Positions 1 through 12,874 of a stretch of 64,000 bases of DNA are shown in pieces. Position numbers and translations under genes: made by a program. This DNA is from an uncultured bacterium (lineage in GTDB: Bacteria > Fidelibacterota > Marinisomatia > Marinisomatales > JABMOV01). The DNA is taken from assembly GCA_964654545.1 (NCBI GenBank), contig CAZZIU010000003.1, positions 73,201 to 137,200 on the forward strand, read 5' to 3'. The stretch's first letter is position 1. Every line of letters begins with the position of its first letter. The notes below the pieces were generated by a model, which ran no database searches, had not been told where the DNA came from, and saw only the letters and a program-made list of their open reading frames with translations.

Positions 1-1
1 C

Positions 2-805
2 CCACAATTTTCCACAACCAGTTGGATAATTCCTGGTGATCGTCTTGCCCAGGCCCTACATCTGCAAAAAGGGGATAAGGTTGTGATTTTCCCCTTGGAA
101 TCAGTGGGGAAATCAATTTTTGATCAGAAAATGCAGGTATTTACCGTACTAGATATTTTTCACTCCGGATTATTTGAATACGATAAAACCGTTGCTTATA
201 TCGAGTTGTCCGAGGCACAAAAGTTGTTTCAGATGGAAAATCAAATATCCGGAAGGAAAATTGTACTGCACAAGACAAACCAGATGGGAAATATTTATCA
301 ACAATTGGAGAATGGTTTACCCTACCCCTACTATGTTCAGTCATGGAAAGAAAAGCACAATATTCTATTTCAATGGATGGCTACCCAAAAAATACCGATA
401 TTGATATTTTTTGGTTTAATTACCATGGTTGGTGTAGTCAATATTGTTGCTGCATTGACTATGATAGTCATTGAAAAAATCCGCACAATAGGTGTTTTAA
501 AATCCATGGGATTCCCCAAGAAATCGATTCTCGAAGTCTTCACACTTGATGGAATTGTAATCGGTTTTCTAGGAACTTTGTCGGGAGTGGTAATGGCATT
601 CCTCATAGCCTGGATTCAGGGACAGTGGAATATCTTATCTATCCCGGAGGATGTGTATTTCATGGATCGTGTACCGTTCCATTTTACGTTTTGGTTGATT
701 ATGGGGCATATCATTGCCGGGATTGTAGTATCGTCTCTGGCGTCAATCCTACCAGCTGTAAGAGCGAGTACAATTGAAGCAGCAACAGCAGTAAGATACG
801 AATGA
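2..805 (+). CDS. ABC transporter permease, LolC/LolE (FtsX/MacB) family; 5' end lies outside the window
   Basis: The frame is open from nt 2 (PQFSTTSWIIPGDRLAQALHLQKGDKVVIFPLE...), so the M at 83 in the ORF track is internal. C-terminal FtsX-type membrane bundle. The stop overlaps the next permease start (ATGA at 802-805). A paralogous permease and a LolD-like ATPase follow. Confidence 0.85.
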   Translation, partial: PQFSTTSWIIPGDRLAQALHLQKGDKVVIFPLESVGKSIFDQKMQVFTVLDIFHSGLFEYDKTVAYIELSEAQKLFQMENQISGRKIVLHKTNQMGNIYQQLENGLPYPYYVQSWKEKHNILFQWMATQKIPILIFFGLITMVGVVNIVAALTMIVIEKIRTIGVLKSMGFPKKSILEVFTLDGIVIGFLGTLSGVVMAFLIAWIQGQWNILSIPEDVYFMDRVPFHFTFWLIMGHIIAGIVVSSLASILPAVRASTIEAATAVRYE

Positions 806-1989
806 GATTCACCAATTTCATTGCGCGACGGTTTGCTTTAGGAGGTAAAGGTGCCGTTACCAGCAGGGTGACAGGTTGGATAGCAATATTAGGAATGGCT
901 ATTGGAAGTTTTGCGCTCGTAGTAGCAGTTTCCGTTCTGCAGGGGTTTGAATCAAGTGTCATCGAAAAAATTATTGGATTTGAAAGTGACTTACGGATAT
1001 CTGGTGAATTAACCCCGGTGCAGACAGATAACATTAAGCGTGATCAAAAGATACGATTATTACAGCCCTATCTGGAGCGAAAAGGTTTAATTAAAAGTAG
1101 CGACAATAATCTACGACTTGTCACATTTAAGGCAATAGATTTGGAGTCCATTGGTGACTTTTATCAGATTTCTATCCGAAACACATTTTTATATAAAGAC
1201 GAGCCTAAAATCTTTATTGGGAAAACACTGGCGATTAGATTAAATGCCATGGAAGGTGACAAAATTACATTGCTAAGTCCCGTTGATGTTCCCGGTCCGT
1301 TCGGTGTGCCAAAAATTATTAATGCTACTATAGCCGGGATATTTTCTGCGGATGTATTGCAGTTCGATGATGATTATGCCTTCATTTCTATGAAAACGGG
1401 GTTCCAATTATTCTCAAGGAAAGATGGTTATGACGGTTACGATGCTCGATTAACTGACTTTACGTTGGCCGCTGAGGTAAAATCAGAAATTCTATCAGAG
1501 TACCCCACATTGGGTGTTGAAACATGGTCTGAGATGCATGCATCGTTGTTCAGTGCAATGCAAATGGAAAGAATTGGAGCCATTCTTATTTTAAGTTTAA
1601 TCATTCTGGTAGCTGCCTTTAACTTGGCTACCACCTTAATCCTTGTTTCTTCTCAAAAAGCCAATGAATTAGGAATTTTGCGTGCTATGGGAGTCGATAA
1701 AATCAACATAGAACAGATAATTTTTCGCCAGGGAATCCTTATAGGAGGTTCAGGGGCAATTGGGGGATTCTTGCTGGGGACGCTTATCGTGACTATTCAG
1801 ACAATATTTCAACCCATCACATTACCAGCTGATATTTATTTAACTCCAATCCTACCTGTTCAGTTAACATCATCTGCTGTAATTACCATTATTAGTATAG
1901 CGACTATAGCTGTTTGGGCAGCTTCAAAATTGGCAGCAAGGCGACTCCGTTATATTGACCCAATTCATGCACTATTTTTGGAAAAATAA
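802..1989 (+). CDS. ABC transporter permease, LolC/LolE (FtsX/MacB) family
   Basis: 395 aa. N-terminal TM (VTGWIAILGMAIGSFALVVAV), large extracytoplasmic domain, C-terminal 3-TM FtsX domain. Sits between a paralogue and an ATPase, as in lolCDE. Confidence 0.88.
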   Translation: MRFTNFIARRFALGGKGAVTSRVTGWIAILGMAIGSFALVVAVSVLQGFESSVIEKIIGFESDLRISGELTPVQTDNIKRDQKIRLLQPYLERKGLIKSSDNNLRLVTFKAIDLESIGDFYQISIRNTFLYKDEPKIFIGKTLAIRLNAMEGDKITLLSPVDVPGPFGVPKIINATIAGIFSADVLQFDDDYAFISMKTGFQLFSRKDGYDGYDARLTDFTLAAEVKSEILSEYPTLGVETWSEMHASLFSAMQMERIGAILILSLIILVAAFNLATTLILVSSQKANELGILRAMGVDKINIEQIIFRQGILIGGSGAIGGFLLGTLIVTIQTIFQPITLPADIYLTPILPVQLTSSAVITIISIATIAVWAASKLAARRLRYIDPIHALFLEK

Positions 1990-1990
1990 G

Positions 1991-2674
1991 ATGCCTATTC
2001 TTACAGCAAACAAACTCGTTAAAGCTTACAAAATTGGTAAAAAAGAAGTGCCAGTTTTAAATGGGATTGATCTGGATATTACAAAAGGAGATTTTGTAAC
2101 TGTCATGGGTCCATCGGGGTGTGGAAAATCAACCCTATTAAATATTATAGGTACTTTGGATAGACCGGACTCAGGTAGTCTGAAGATTAATGGCGAAAAT
2201 GTATCAGAATTTTCTGATTTGAAGATATCCCGTTTTCGAAATGATCACATTGGCTTTGTATTTCAGTTTCATCATTTATTGCCAGAATTTACCGCCGAAG
2301 AAAACATATTGATTCCCGCAAGAATCAATGGTACACACCAGACAGATCGGGCTGAGGAACTTTTGGAATATTTTGGATTAGTAGAACGAAGAAATCATTA
2401 CCCATCACAGTTGTCAGGCGGCGAACGACAGCGAGTGGCTTTGTGCCGTGCACTCATCAACAAACCTGCGCTGCTACTTGCCGATGAGCCAACAGGAAAT
2501 TTGGATACGCAAAATGCAGAAAAATTAATTCAATATTTAAACCGTATCAGAGAAGATTTTGATCAATGTATTTTGGTCACAACCCATAATCCCGATGTTG
2601 CCAAGGTGGGGAACATTCAACTAATATTGGAAAATGAAACCCTTGCGACAAATCAATATTTGAAAACAAACTAG
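1991..2674 (+). CDS. lolD: ABC transporter ATP-binding protein, LolD-like
   Basis: Walker A GPSGCGKST, signature LSGGERQR, Walker B LLLADEPT. Start moved from the track M at 1955 (inside the previous gene) to ATG 1991, 1 nt after the upstream stop, giving MPILTANKLVKAY. Confidence 0.9.
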   Translation: MPILTANKLVKAYKIGKKEVPVLNGIDLDITKGDFVTVMGPSGCGKSTLLNIIGTLDRPDSGSLKINGENVSEFSDLKISRFRNDHIGFVFQFHHLLPEFTAEENILIPARINGTHQTDRAEELLEYFGLVERRNHYPSQLSGGERQRVALCRALINKPALLLADEPTGNLDTQNAEKLIQYLNRIREDFDQCILVTTHNPDVAKVGNIQLILENETLATNQYLKTN

Positions 2675-2686
2675 ATTAGAAGTATT

Positions 2687-5155
2687 ATGAAAGAAAATTT
2701 TTCAAAGCGCATACAAACGGTAATGAAATCCGCTAAAGAAGAAGCGATTCGTCTGGGGCATAGTTATGTTGGCTCCGAACATCTTTTGCTCGGTATTCTG
2801 CAACTGAAAACGGGAACCACAGGAAATATATTAGAAGTATATGACTGTGATATAAATGAAATGCGTGCGATGGTTGAAGATATGATTAAAACTTCTGGTG
2901 GTACATTGACACTGGGACATTTACCTCTCACTAGAAGAGCGGAGAGAATACTTCGCAATGCCTTTAATGAAGCAGCTGCACTTGGCAATAAAATTGCTGA
3001 TGATGAGCACCTTTTACTGGCAATGTTAAAAGAATCTGAAGGTATCGCGTATGAAGTGCTGATTGGATTCAATCTGGATTATCAAAATGTGAAAGATTTA
3101 ATACGGGAAGATTTGAATGTGGATAACCCAACTGCATCGAAATCAGAGCGACAGAAAAAAACATCCACGCCGGCACTGGATCATTTTAGTCGAGATATAA
3201 CTGAGTTAGCAAAGAAGGGTGAATTGGATCCGGTCATTGGTCGTGAGAATGAAATTGTACGGGTTGCTCAAATTCTCAGCCGTAGAAAAAAGAATAATCC
3301 AGTACTGATTGGTGAGCCGGGAGTTGGTAAAACGGCTATTATTGAAGGATTGGCACATAAAATTATCGATAAGTCAGTCCCCAGGATTTTGCGAAACAAG
3401 CGAATTTTGTCATTGGATTTAGCATCAACCGTAGCGGGAACCAAGTACCGTGGACAATTTGAAGAGCGGATGAAAACTATCATGGGCGAATTGGAAAATG
3501 CTGATGATGTGATTCTTTTCATCGATGAAATTCATACCCTTGTTGGCGCAGGTGGGGCAACTGGATCACTGGATGCGTCCAACATGTTCAAACCTGCATT
3601 AGCACGCGGTGATATTCATTGTATTGGGGCTACCACTATGGATGAGTATAGAAAGACAATAGAAAAAGACGGTGCACTGGAAAGGCGCTTTCAACGAATC
3701 ATTGTAAATCCGCCGAGCACCGATGAATCGATAGCAATATTAAAGGGGCTGCAGCTTCACTACGAACAGCATCACAATGTGGAATATGATGAAGGTGCCA
3801 TTGAAGCTTGTGTCTATCTGGCGGAACGATACATAAGTGATCGATATCTACCAGATAAAGCAATTGATGTTATGGATGAAGCTGGATCTCGATCACATAT
3901 GGAAAATGTGAGAGTTCCCAAAGAGATCGTTCGAATTGAGCAGGAGATTGACCATATCCGAGAGAAGAAGGAAAAAATGGTCGCGAAACAGAAATTTGAA
4001 GATGCTGCCACTCTCAGAGATTCTGAGCAAAAACTACTTAGAAAATTAGGTGAAATGCACAAAGAATGGGTTGCCAGTGAAAAACAGAATCCAGTCAATA
4101 TTACAAAGCAAAATATTGCCGACGTAGTTGCATTGATGACTGGAATACCAACCAATGAAGTTGCAGAATCAGAAAGTAAAAAATTGCTGAAAATGCGCGA
4201 GGGATTGCATCAGTTTATTGTTGGACAAGATCAGGCAATTGACTCCTTGACAAAATCTATTCAACGTGCACGAGCGGGATTGAAAAATCCAAACCGTCCT
4301 ATTGGTGTATTTCTTTTTCTTGGTCCAACGGGAGTTGGGAAAACAGAAATGGCAAAAGCACTTGCGCAATACTTATTTAGTCATACAAATGCATTAATCA
4401 AGTTGGATATGTCGGAATACGGTGAGAGATTTACAGTGTCTCGTCTCATTGGTGCACCACCGGGGTATGTGGGATATGAAGAAGGTGGAGACCTTACTGA
4501 AAAAGTCAGGCGGAATCCATATTCTGTCATATTATTTGATGAAATTGAAAAGGCCCACCCAGATGTATTTAATCTATTATTACAACTATTTGATGAAGGC
4601 GCACTCACGGATAGTCTGGGCAGAAAAATAGATTTTAAAAATACCATTATCATCATGACATCAAATCTTGGTACAAAGTCCTTAAGCAAGCAGTCTGGGA
4701 TTGGATTCCTTGATGATTCAGATGGTATCGACAGCAAAGAAATTGAATCAAAAATTATGGAGGAGGTTAAAACTTTATTTAATCCAGAATTTTTAAACCG
4801 GATTGATGATAAATTGATATTTCATCGTCTGAATAAAGCTCACGTACTGGAGATAGTTGATATCCTGCTCACAGACATTCATCAAAATTTGTCTAAACTG
4901 GGTATTCATCTTCAAGTAACAAAGAGGGCAAAAAACCTCTTGATGGAGCGAGGATACAGTATGGAATACGGTGCGCGTCATCTTAGAAGAGAGATTCAGG
5001 CACATTTGGAGAATCCCATTTCTGAACTGTTGCTGGATAAATCCTTCAAAGAGAACGATATCGTTAGAGTCCATGCTATCAAGGGTGAATTCGTGATTGA
5101 ATCGAAGCAACAGAATCCCAGGAAAAGTCGCAGCAAGCAAAGATCTCTGATATAA
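2687..5155 (+). CDS. clpC: ATP-dependent Clp protease ATP-binding subunit ClpC (class I Clp/Hsp100)
   Basis: 822 aa. Duplicated Clp-N repeats at the N-terminus. Two AAA modules (GEPGVGKT and GPTGVGKT). UVR-like linker (KQKFEDAATLRDSEQKLLRKL). Short middle domain typical of ClpC rather than ClpB. Confidence 0.93.
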   Translation: MKENFSKRIQTVMKSAKEEAIRLGHSYVGSEHLLLGILQLKTGTTGNILEVYDCDINEMRAMVEDMIKTSGGTLTLGHLPLTRRAERILRNAFNEAAALGNKIADDEHLLLAMLKESEGIAYEVLIGFNLDYQNVKDLIREDLNVDNPTASKSERQKKTSTPALDHFSRDITELAKKGELDPVIGRENEIVRVAQILSRRKKNNPVLIGEPGVGKTAIIEGLAHKIIDKSVPRILRNKRILSLDLASTVAGTKYRGQFEERMKTIMGELENADDVILFIDEIHTLVGAGGATGSLDASNMFKPALARGDIHCIGATTMDEYRKTIEKDGALERRFQRIIVNPPSTDESIAILKGLQLHYEQHHNVEYDEGAIEACVYLAERYISDRYLPDKAIDVMDEAGSRSHMENVRVPKEIVRIEQEIDHIREKKEKMVAKQKFEDAATLRDSEQKLLRKLGEMHKEWVASEKQNPVNITKQNIADVVALMTGIPTNEVAESESKKLLKMREGLHQFIVGQDQAIDSLTKSIQRARAGLKNPNRPIGVFLFLGPTGVGKTEMAKALAQYLFSHTNALIKLDMSEYGERFTVSRLIGAPPGYVGYEEGGDLTEKVRRNPYSVILFDEIEKAHPDVFNLLLQLFDEGALTDSLGRKIDFKNTIIIMTSNLGTKSLSKQSGIGFLDDSDGIDSKEIESKIMEEVKTLFNPEFLNRIDDKLIFHRLNKAHVLEIVDILLTDIHQNLSKLGIHLQVTKRAKNLLMERGYSMEYGARHLRREIQAHLENPISELLLDKSFKENDIVRVHAIKGEFVIESKQQNPRKSRSKQRSLI

Positions 5156-5157
5156 TT

Positions 5158-5196
5158 TCTCTGCCATAAATCAATACAATATAATAATCTCTGCCA
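5158..5196. repeat. Two copies of a 9-bp direct repeat TCTCTGCCA spaced 30 bp apart, upstream of dnaK
   Basis: Read directly: TCTCTGCCA at 5158-5166 and 5188-5196, in the 113-bp clpC-dnaK spacer. Function unknown. Confidence 0.5.
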
Positions 5197-5198
5197 AT

Positions 5199-5228
5199 TT
5201 GATCGATATTGGTCCATGGCATTATTAT
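5199..5228 (+). promoter_or_regulatory. Possible sigma70-like promoter for dnaK (TTGATC-N18-TATTAT)
   Basis: TTGATC at 5199-5204 and TATTAT at 5223-5228, about 40 nt upstream of the dnaK ATG, with an AAGGAG SD in between. Match by eye only. Confidence 0.3.
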
Positions 5229-5238
5229 TGACGTTTAA

Positions 5239-7179
<1,941 letters not shown>

Positions 7180-7204
7180 CCCAAGCCCTCTCCAATACTT
7201 GATA

Positions 7205-7234
7205 AGAGCGTCCATTCTATGGACGCTCTTTTTG
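7205..7234 (+). terminator. Rho-independent terminator after dnaK
   Basis: Perfect 11-bp stem AGAGCGTCCAT / ATGGACGCTCT (7205-7215 / 7219-7229), 3-nt loop, followed by a T-run. Confidence 0.8.
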
Positions 7235-7289
7235 TAATTGGAACTCACAGCGTGTAACTTTGTTAGCTTTGGCGAAAAGAAAACCAGAT

Positions 7290-10200
7290 ATGAAACGCGC
7301 ACGAATTATCACCTATGGATTTCTCGTCTTTCTGATTACGAGCGGATATGTATTGTTTAAACCAGAAATTATGTATCGGATTGGAAGTCAACGCATTAAT
7401 AATTACCTTTTGGATGAAACGGGCTGGAGCCTAAAAATTGAATCTTTACGGGGGCATTTATTTGACAAAATTCAGGCTGGCAATCTTGTCTTCTCGAATG
7501 CAGATGGACGTATAATAGAAATTCCTGATTTATTATGTGATATAAATTTGATTTCTTTATTATTTGGTCAAATACGTTTTAATTCTGTCGCAATTAAGGA
7601 TGTGTATGTAAAAACAAGTTCCACAATTGGAAATGATACTGAAACCGATAGCATTAGAAAGGTCTATCCTGCACGATTTATTATTCCGGTTTCAATTTCC
7701 GATTTTTTCATGGATGGATTAATTCAACTTGATTCGCCTACAACCTTTAATCAGATTAATATTCATGTGCAGGGAAAATTGAATTCAAAAAAAGGAAAAG
7801 CCTGGGTAAATCTGGATGAACTAAAATATAGGGATTTAAAGAACAATGTTAATTTCATCTTAGAAGATGCCTTTTTTCAAATTTCTCCAACTACAATAAT
7901 TGCCTCAATCAATAATGCAGAATTAAACGATATCAATGTAAAAGGAAATTTGAAGTATTTTGAAGATAAAGTACAGCATTTACAAGGCAATCTTGAACTT
8001 GTAGATTTTCACATACCAACCAGTATGTTTGAACAAATCCCCTTGCAGCCTGATATTTCATCACTGGATATTTATTTTTCATTTAATACTGACTTTAATC
8101 TCTCCCATGGCACGTTACAGGTTAAAAGTCCACTGGGACTCGATATGAGCGGTAAATTTCTTGTACAATCTGAACATGATTATTACCGGATACATCAAAT
8201 AGCACTAAATAGTGCAAATTCCAGGTTCTCCGGAACCGGAGTTGTAGAAAAAAGCGGTCGTATTAATACATCGTTTGAATTGGAAAACTTTGACATTAGT
8301 GAATGGGTTGTGACCAATAAAAAAACAAGTATTTCCGGATTATTGTTGTTAGAAGGAAATATGACTAACAATCAGATACATTCCCTGGCAGTATCAACAG
8401 AAATACAGGATACAAAATTATATCAAGGGGAGACACTGGCGTTATCTGGATCAGCCTCCTATTCAACCAATATGTTACGTATAACGGATCCATTGGTAAT
8501 TGGAATAGGTGTAAGCACGATAGAGACAATTGGCTGGGCAAATTTTGATGAAAGAACAATGGAATTTGATTTTGATTTGGTGAACGCAAATCCATACCTA
8601 ATCAATAATTTTATCAGTGATACTCTGGAACATGGTGAGGCTTCAGGAACCCTTGAGATCCGAGGATCCATGGATGAGCCGACCATAGAAATGGATTTGG
8701 GATGGAACAATATTCAATATAAAAATTTGTACGTCTCAAAAGGTTCGCTTAACAGCAAAATTAAAAATATTGAACAATTGGAAGAAGGCTATGCTCACAT
8801 CCAGGTTGACAACGGGCAATTAAACGATCAGATTATCGATAATGCCGCCTTAGATATTTCATTTTCTCCAGATAAAATTGATGTTGAACATCTATATGTA
8901 AAGCAAAATGAAAACTATTTGGAATTAATTGGGAATTATAATCGATCAGATAACATTGACATTTCAAGGCTGCAAGTGGCGTATAAATCACATTTTATAG
9001 TGAACCCATCCTCCATAAAGATCAACTATGAAGATTCTGTATTTAGATTTCATCCATTTGAATTGCATGTGGACGATGGGGTATGCGAGGGAACAGGAAC
9101 TTGGGGCGATACCTTTGAAGGAAATCTTAGGTTGTCCAATGTTAGCTCCGAATTGGTGTCAGAAATAATCCCTCAGGGAATCCCTGAAATATCTGGGATG
9201 ATATTTGGCGAAGTTAGCACCAAGGTAGGACAGTTCTCACAAGATTATACTGTGGATATCGCAATTAAAAATGGCTCACTGCAAGGGCAGTCATTCCAAG
9301 ACCTGGTTCTTGCATTTGTCTATTTGGACTCGGTGTTGCATATTGACGAGATGACAATGATAGGAGATAAGGTTGGATTACAAATTTCTGGAACTTTCCC
9401 GCAAAATAAATCTGGATCGAAGATTGCACCCGTAACATTGGAAACGTCTTTTACCAATATGGATATGGATTGGTTTATGACGTTTATGCCCCCCTGGTTT
9501 TATCTTGGTGGCAACGCTTCCGGTTCTTTTTCTCTTTTAAGGAATGCAGGTAAGGTTGGGTTTGATTTTGATTTGGATATAAAGGAAGCAGTTTTTGATA
9601 AAATACCACTAGGAAGAGTTTCAGGGAGGGGTAACTACAATGGCGATCGACTAAACTTTGAATCGTTTACAGCAAAGAAGCCCAACAGTGATTCCATAAC
9701 AGGGCATGGCTATCTCCCATTGGATTTAACAGCAAAATCTCCCACCTTTGGGAAATTCAAACCAAATGATTCGTTGTACATCGATGTTTCTGGACATTTT
9801 GATAATATGGATTTCTTAACATTGTATCTGGCAGATGTGGATTCCATTTCGGGTGATATTGATTTAAATTTGATTCTAAGCGGTCCGGCCAATCATATTA
9901 TCAGAAATGGAAAGATCGATCTGAAGGATGGGACTGTCTATACGATATTGCTGAATGATCCCATACACAATGTTTCAGGCAATGCATCCATTAAAGATAA
10001 TTTGCTCACCTTCAATTCTTTAAAAGGGATGCTAAGTGAAAAAAAGAACGGTAAAAAAACCAATGTAACTGTTACAGGTGGAATGGATCTAACCAGATTT
10101 TTTAAGCCAAACTATAACTTTCATGCAAAGGGAAATAATCTTTATCTGCGTGTACTTGAAGATGACATCACTGGAACAGTAAATGCTGACCTTAATATTA

Positions 10201-11042
10201 CTGGTCGGGACACCATTACAATTGTGGGCGACGTAGGATTGATCAATGTAGAAATGTACCAGGATTTTGAATCCCAAAATGTTGGACAAGTAACTGAATC
10301 AGGTGGTACGGTACTCGAATACAAAATCAATTTCCCCATTATAAATCAGTTGACCCTGTTAAATACGCAAATGGACGCCAAGCTCATTGGAGAAATAAGC
10401 TACACAAAGCTCGGTCAATATGAGGCAGATTATGCCGGTGAGCTCCAATTTGAGGAAGGTAAATTCTACTTTTATGGGGATATCTTTGAAATAACCTATG
10501 GGTATTTGTCTTTTGACAACCAGGGATTCAATCCTTACATGGAAATTGAAGCGGTGACCACGATTGAAGATGAGGTAATTACATTACAAATAGTAGGAAC
10601 AATTGATAATCTGAAAATTAATCCTATTTCCTCCAGTGGATATTCACCAAGTGATATACTGGAACTATTAACCATGGGAAAGCGCTATGAGGATATGGAT
10701 CTATCAACTACCGGGATTGGCGATCAGACCAAACAGATTTTAGGTTCGTGGGTGGCGACTCAAATTGAAAGAAATCTTGCTAATTTGAGTGGGGGAGGAA
10801 ATTTGGGTATTATTGATGATGTATCCATTTCTGTTGCTGATCCAAACAGCAAGGAGCAGTTGGCAATAAAAGCCGGTATTACCGACAATCTTTCATTTGC
10901 TTACCGACGTTCATTTTCTTTAGCAAATCCACTAAATGAAGTGGGCGTCGAATTAAAAGTAAACCGCTATATTTCGGTTGTAGGTAGTATTGATGAAAAC
11001 AATAATTTCAATGTAAAATACCGTCTACGTTATTCCTACTAA
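7290..11042 (+). CDS. tamB: Translocation and assembly module protein TamB-like (AsmA/DUF490 family)
   Basis: About 1250 aa. Single N-terminal TM (IITYGFLVFLITSGYVLF) and a long beta-rich body. The C-terminus ...LSFAYRRSFSLANPLNEVGVELKVNRYISVVGS...KYRLRYSY resembles TamB ends. Immediately followed by an Omp85 gene. ATG 7290 preferred over the track start at TTG 7260. Confidence 0.8.
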   Translation: MKRARIITYGFLVFLITSGYVLFKPEIMYRIGSQRINNYLLDETGWSLKIESLRGHLFDKIQAGNLVFSNADGRIIEIPDLLCDINLISLLFGQIRFNSVAIKDVYVKTSSTIGNDTETDSIRKVYPARFIIPVSISDFFMDGLIQLDSPTTFNQINIHVQGKLNSKKGKAWVNLDELKYRDLKNNVNFILEDAFFQISPTTIIASINNAELNDINVKGNLKYFEDKVQHLQGNLELVDFHIPTSMFEQIPLQPDISSLDIYFSFNTDFNLSHGTLQVKSPLGLDMSGKFLVQSEHDYYRIHQIALNSANSRFSGTGVVEKSGRINTSFELENFDISEWVVTNKKTSISGLLLLEGNMTNNQIHSLAVSTEIQDTKLYQGETLALSGSASYSTNMLRITDPLVIGIGVSTIETIGWANFDERTMEFDFDLVNANPYLINNFISDTLEHGEASGTLEIRGSMDEPTIEMDLGWNNIQYKNLYVSKGSLNSKIKNIEQLEEGYAHIQVDNGQLNDQIIDNAALDISFSPDKIDVEHLYVKQNENYLELIGNYNRSDNIDISRLQVAYKSHFIVNPSSIKINYEDSVFRFHPFELHVDDGVCEGTGTWGDTFEGNLRLSNVSSELVSEIIPQGIPEISGMIFGEVSTKVGQFSQDYTVDIAIKNGSLQGQSFQDLVLAFVYLDSVLHIDEMTMIGDKVGLQISGTFPQNKSGSKIAPVTLETSFTNMDMDWFMTFMPPWFYLGGNASGSFSLLRNAGKVGFDFDLDIKEAVFDKIPLGRVSGRGNYNGDRLNFESFTAKKPNSDSITGHGYLPLDLTAKSPTFGKFKPNDSLYIDVSGHFDNMDFLTLYLADVDSISGDIDLNLILSGPANHIIRNGKIDLKDGTVYTILLNDPIHNVSGNASIKDNLLTFNSLKGMLSEKKNGKKTNVTVTGGMDLTRFFKPNYNFHAKGNNLYLRVLEDDITGTVNADLNITGRDTITIVGDVGLINVEMYQDFESQNVGQVTESGGTVLEYKINFPIINQLTLLNTQMDAKLIGEISYTKLGQYEADYAGELQFEEGKFYFYGDIFEITYGYLSFDNQGFNPYMEIEAVTTIEDEVITLQIVGTIDNLKINPISSSGYSPSDILELLTMGKRYEDMDLSTTGIGDQTKQILGSWVATQIERNLANLSGGGNLGIIDDVSISVADPNSKEQLAIKAGITDNLSFAYRRSFSLANPLNEVGVELKVNRYISVVGSIDENNNFNVKYRLRYSY

Positions 11043-11050
11043 AGCATCAA

Positions 11051-12874
11051 TTGAAAAACACAGTAAAAATTTCCCTCATCCTGTGGATATTTACGTTTAT
11101 AGCGAGCGTTTATAGTCAGCCAGTTGTGACTGTTAAGAATGTTACCATCTATGGTAACAAAGAAGTAAAAACGAAATCACTTGCACCTATAATTAGACTG
11201 AATAAACGCAGCTGGTTTACTCAACCTGAATTTGACCGTCGTATACTTAAGCTGGACGCTATTACAATAAAAAACTATTATTTGTCGAAAGGATTTTTAT
11301 CAATCACGGTTACAGATTCGTTTGTGGTTGAAGAACAACAGGCAGACATTTTTTTCCATGTACAGGAAGGAAAACAATATTTCATTCGATCCATAAAAGT
11401 TTTTGGCAACTCCTTAATACCCACGCAACGTGTTTTGGATATACTGCAATTTCAAACTGGCGAACCCTATAATCCAGTAGTGGCGAACCAACAATTGCCT
11501 ATATTGGAGGCAGAACATCACCACTACGGAAAACTATACGCGAAAGTGGAGATTTTAGATTCCGTCACCGATTCCGTTGATATCTCAGTTACTATCCGTG
11601 AGGGAATAGATGTTGGTATAAAAAACTACTTTATTGAAGGTATTGGCTCTTTTGACCCGGTAGTGGTAGATCGCGAGGTTGCATTTAAGTCGGGAGAACT
11701 GTACCAGAAGGCATTGATCGATAAAACCCAAAAACATCTGAAGGAAACAGGTGTTTTCTCACTGGTTACTTTGTCTCCAGTACGCTTGGCACAAACAGAT
11801 TCCTTGGTAAACATCCTCATTGAAGTACGTCAATTCAAAACCCGCGAATGGATTTCGGAGGGTGGATGGTATCCCGTCCAGTTCTTTGAAGGTGTCGATC
11901 CCATTTCCGGAGTTGGTGGCGATATTGAATGGAAAAATCGAAGTCTTTTTCAGACAACGACAAATTTTTCAACGAAATTGTCGGGACACATTCCATTTGA
12001 GCAGGATTTTTATTATCCAAAAATTGCATTTGATATGACATTCGCAAACCAGTGGCTTTTTGGCTTCTGGCGAATTCCCACCAGCGTTGGATTATATTAC
12101 GAATCTTTAAAAAAACCAGATCGACGTAATGACCCTAACATTCACAGATATGGTTTTAAAATTGAAAACAATGTAAAATTTCTCAATCGTTCATTTGTAT
12201 TAACCGGTATCCGCTGGGAAAAGTATATCGTGCCCAAAGAAACCACTGAAAACCAGCAGAATGCCACTGATATCGAGCAGCGATCCATTGACGTAAATAT
12301 GCATTTAGATCGATCAAATGATCCTCTGTATCCAACTCGCGGCTACAAGCTGGATGTTGATTTAAGACAAACAGGTGGACCGCTGTTGGGTGGTAACCGA
12401 GAATATTTTAAATACGATGTGGGATTGAACTCCTACTTACCTATTATTGGAAAATTACATTTTGCAAACCGCATTAAATACGGAATGATGTTTGGCTGGA
12501 AGTCCGGATATGATGATATTCAATTCGATAAATTTTATTTAGGTGGCAGCACTACCCTGCGAGGATGGGATACTTTTAGGTTCCAAACTGAAGTACGAAA
12601 TGGGGAAGTATTGCCTAGTGGTGAAATTATCCGATTGTTAACCAACTGGGAATTGCGGTTTCCGCTTTTCTGGAAAATTGGATGCGAAGTGTTTTATGAC
12701 GGTGGTTTACTTACTGGAAATAGTTCGTCAATCTCTTTTCGAGGCATTCAGTGGAATCAAGGCGTGGGGTTGACCTTGACAACCCCGCTTGGGCCTATCC
12801 GTTTGGATGTGGCTGCACCTATTGAAAACAGGGATAATCTGCAAGTCCATTTAGGTATTCATTATATTTTTTAG
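11051..12874 (+). CDS. Omp85-family outer membrane protein (BamA/TamA-like, short POTRA arm)
   Basis: 607 aa, TTG start, signal peptide (ILWIFTFIASVYS). POTRA-like N-terminal region whose size allows about three repeats. C-terminal surface-antigen barrel (YLGGSTTLRGW...) ending ...HLGIHYIF with terminal Phe. Confidence 0.85.
   Translation: MKNTVKISLILWIFTFIASVYSQPVVTVKNVTIYGNKEVKTKSLAPIIRLNKRSWFTQPEFDRRILKLDAITIKNYYLSKGFLSITVTDSFVVEEQQADIFFHVQEGKQYFIRSIKVFGNSLIPTQRVLDILQFQTGEPYNPVVANQQLPILEAEHHHYGKLYAKVEILDSVTDSVDISVTIREGIDVGIKNYFIEGIGSFDPVVVDREVAFKSGELYQKALIDKTQKHLKETGVFSLVTLSPVRLAQTDSLVNILIEVRQFKTREWISEGGWYPVQFFEGVDPISGVGGDIEWKNRSLFQTTTNFSTKLSGHIPFEQDFYYPKIAFDMTFANQWLFGFWRIPTSVGLYYESLKKPDRRNDPNIHRYGFKIENNVKFLNRSFVLTGIRWEKYIVPKETTENQQNATDIEQRSIDVNMHLDRSNDPLYPTRGYKLDVDLRQTGGPLLGGNREYFKYDVGLNSYLPIIGKLHFANRIKYGMMFGWKSGYDDIQFDKFYLGGSTTLRGWDTFRFQTEVRNGEVLPSGEIIRLLTNWELRFPLFWKIGCEVFYDGGLLTGNSSSISFRGIQWNQGVGLTLTTPLGPIRLDVAAPIENRDNLQVHLGIHYIF

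Noticed and set aside
3118-3126. Perfect DnaA-box 9-mer TGTGGATAA (another near-match, TTATCCACT, at 54534-54542)
   Set aside because: These are isolated single boxes inside coding sequence (clpC, batB). There is no cluster, no AT-rich unwinding element and no dnaA/dnaN nearby, so this is not an origin.
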